Positions 49,390 through 52,374 of a stretch of DNA of 52,374 bases are shown in pieces. The stretch is from Octopus bimaculoides (lineage: Eukaryota): NCBI RefSeq assembly GCF_001194135.2, contig NC_068982.1:130782426-130834799 (forward strand), read 5' to 3'. Every line of letters starts with the position of its first letter. Positions within the stretch are counted from its first letter, which is position 1. The notes under the pieces were generated by a model. That model was given only the letters and a program-made list of their open reading frames with translations. It was not told the origin of the DNA and did not search any database. The position numbers and the translations under genes are program-made.

Positions 49390-49595
49390 ATCATCTTGGT
49401 TTCAAATTTTGGCTCAAGGCCAGCAAGTTCGGAGAGTTGATTAGATCGACCCGAGTGCTTAACTGGTACTTATTTTATCAACCCCGAAAGGATGAAAGGC
49501 AAAGTCAACCCCGTCGGAATTTGAACTCAGTACGTCAAGAAATGTCGATAAGCATTTTTCCCGCTGCAGTAACGATTTTGCCAGCTCACCGCCTT
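49390..49595 (-). mobile_element. tRNA-derived SINE, near full length, tail-to-tail with 49011-49220
   Basis: TTTCAAATTTTGGCTCAAGGCC...TTTTATCAACCCCGAAAGGATGAAAGGCAAAGTCAACC...TTGCCAGCTCACCGCC. Confidence 0.9.
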
Positions 49596-49803
49596 ACCTT
49601 TACTATTTCCTATTACTGCCGCTGTTAATTCACCTTCGCCATCGACAACACTACACAACACTATTAACCACTGTCACCAAAACAACTACTCAAGCAAATA
49701 CTGTATCATATCCATCCAACCTACTTCTCTCTCCCACCTCCTCTCCCTCATAGTCGGTCCGTCTGGTTGTCTTTTTTTTTTCCCCGTTTCTTACTCCACC
49801 CTC

Positions 49804-49847
<44 letters not shown>

Positions 49848-50004
49848 CTTGATTTCGCCACACCGCCCCTTCAAATAAACATTTGCGTCGTTTATTTTTA
49901 TATGAATGTATCGTTATTGCTTTCTCCTTGGCTTTTAGTGATGGCTCACTATTGTTTAGCCTGAAGAACAGAGACTGCTTCCTTAGGAAACTGTGAGGCG
50001 AACA

Positions 50005-50074
50005 TCAACAAACACCACAATCACCACAGTCACACCACCCACCACCATCATCTCCACTACCACAATCATCATCG

Positions 50075-50121
<47 letters not shown>

Positions 50122-50130
50122 AATTATCAT
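50005..50130. repeat. (CAC)/(CAT)n trinucleotide tract
   Basis: Direct reading; gives the poly-His ORF. Confidence 0.95.
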
Positions 50131-50481
50131 TACTTACAATCACAGCAGCAACAAAAAGAACAGCACCGACTTTTCAGGTCCACGTAAGCATATGTTGCTT
50201 AGCAACACAAGAATTGCCTCTAACAATCCCACCCACAGAGGAAGAGAGTAAAAGAGAGATGGAGGGAGCGAGAGAGACAGACAGTCAGAGAAAAGAAAGA
50301 AGAAAAATGTGCTGAGCTCACTAAAACTGAATTAAATGTCTTTATTTCTGTCAATTAAATACATCCACGCATGCGCACTAACGTTGGCATGTATATTATA
50401 ATACATATATACATATGTACATACATACATACATACTGGCATATATTTTCAGACATATATATACAATAGCATTCACAGAAG

Positions 50482-50533
<52 letters not shown>

Positions 50534-50632
50534 CGTATATGCATGTATGTATATACATATACATATAATAACATGCATATGCATTTATGTGAATGTTTTT
50601 ATATCTGTACTTATGTCTGTGTCTGCGCGTAT

Positions 50633-50675
<43 letters not shown>

Positions 50676-50755
50676 CACACACACACGNNNNNNNNNNNNN
50701 NNNNNNNNNNNNNNNNNNNNNNNNNNNNNNNNNNNNNNNNNNNNNNNNNNNNNNN

Positions 50756-50794
<39 letters not shown>

Positions 50795-51983
50795 CATATC
50801 AAACAAGTGGGCTTATAAACATCTAGTAAGCGTGCAATAGGCAACTCCACGGACACATGTACTCTAGACGTGATTCTCGGGTAGAGTCAGTGTGGAACAA
50901 GGATACACCGTTTAGTTAGACATGCACTCCATCCAACTGACTTCCAAATGGTTTCCGTAAACTTCTTAACCACTTGCATACATACGTGTGTATGTACATG
51001 TGTGTGTGTATGTGTGTGTACGTGTGTGTATGTGTGCTTGAAGGTGCATGTAAGTGTGCGTATATTTACGTAAGTGTGTGTGTGTTTGTGTGTGTGTGTG
51101 TATTTGACAGTTGCATGCATATACATACACTCAAATATGCCCACATATAACTTCATATAAATCATTATAACTGTTTACACACAGCCTCGTGATATAAATA
51201 CGGACATGAAACCAAATGAGTAGGCTGTAATATCCTTGGCACTTACGTGAATTTTAGCTATTTTACTTGTTTTATTTACTTTGTTTGTTTTATTAGTTTT
51301 ATTTCGTTTGTTTACTTGTCCCTGCTGGCCATTGATTTAATTAATAGCCATCAACGAGCCAAAACCACGCCATTGTTTTCAAATAAGAGCTGACCAATTG
51401 GGCTGTAGGACTGACCATGACCCCACCCCCACTTCACATGGGGGTTTCGAAATTTGTGGATCGGCAAAAAAGTAACGAACACTAACATAGCATTTGGCCT
51501 CTCCTAGTTTTCTCTCAGAGATACAGTCATGTACCAAATTTCCCAAGATGGGTACATTATAAGTTGCTTGTGCCATACCCTCTGCAACGCTACACCTACT
51601 AACTGGCACTTTACATATAAACTTTCACCCCTGTAACACGGACCATACCATTAAATCCACCACTAAAGTTCTATGGAAACACAATGTGAATTACTGCCTA
51701 AAATTATCCCTCCCGAAAAAATTCCTCCTGAGAACGGCCATATTCACCTACCCACCACTGGATGAAATAACATAGATCTTATACTATATTACGGGAAGTC
51801 TGTACCTTATTTCCCTTTGCTATGCCCACATCATTGTACTATGCTGTACTTCACTTGTATGTTCGTGTTTGCTCTTACTACTATTCTTACTCTACTCTGT
51901 TTGAAAGGATAGACACACCTTAGCTATTCTTAACTGACGTTTATATGTGTTAGCCCCCTCCCCTACAACCACAACCACATAGA

Positions 51984-52106
51984 CCCTCTGAAGAAGCCTA
52001 GGGGAACATCCACGATCCAAGCCTTATCTGCTCATCACTGCATAACACTGAAGAAATGGAGATAACCTAGAGGATTTCGTTGCTTTTAGCAGAAACGGCC
52101 GTAAGG
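51984..52106 (+). ncRNA. Possible degenerate hammerhead in a PLE pseudo-LTR relic
   Basis: CCCU-CUGAAGA (51988-51994) ... GAA-ACGGCCGU-A-AGG (52092-52106): palindromic stem III and 3-bp stem I; the 97-nt stem II region does not pair convincingly. Confidence 0.35.
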
Positions 52107-52374
52107 AACTAGTACCTGCACGCCAATTTAGTATTTTGCCAATTTGCTCATTTGCTCAATTATTCATTTGTTTCTATATGCTTATATGTATTCAAACCCT
52201 TGTTTATGCAGTTACCAGCTTTTTCCACTCGCTAATCTGTACCACTCATACATGTGTGTGTATTCATCCAATACATTTGAATAGATATACTGGAATGTTT
52301 ACCGGCTGATGTCTGGCGATTTTATATCCTCTGTTTTCTTATTTGCCCTATATATATAAATATATATATATATA

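Noticed and set aside
49954-50003. CUGAAGA...GAAAC hammerhead-like spacing
   Set aside because: No credible stem II and no valid NUH triplet.

Overview
AT-rich, microsatellite-dense animal genomic DNA from a gapped draft assembly with eight N-runs, most flanked by simple repeats. The tRNA-derived SINE families and the repeat landscape suggest a cephalopod (Octopus-like) intron or intergenic region; this is inference, not a database result. No intact host gene is recognisable, and most ORFs in the track are microsatellite artefacts or antisense to transposons. Identifiable coding remnants are all decayed mobile elements: a piggyBac transposase (11.6-13.1 kb, -), a Penelope-like element with RT, GIY-YIG and inverted pseudo-LTRs (33.3-35.7 kb, -), two R4/Dong-type LINE RT fragments (31.7-32.4 kb +; 44.3-46.7 kb -), a CR1/Jockey-group RT relic (26.8-27.8 kb, -) and a probable RTE relic (46.9-47.7 kb, -). 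The main unexplained signal is about ten type I hammerhead-ribozyme (HHR) motifs in several unrelated sequence contexts. These include a tRNA-headed SINE-like element with an intact HHR (11.2-11.6 kb), a tandem HHR pair (27.8-27.9 kb) and a 596-nt non-coding unit bounded by HHR direct repeats with an antisense HHR inside (29.8-30.45 kb, retrozyme-like). All folds and alignments were done by eye and need computational confirmation.
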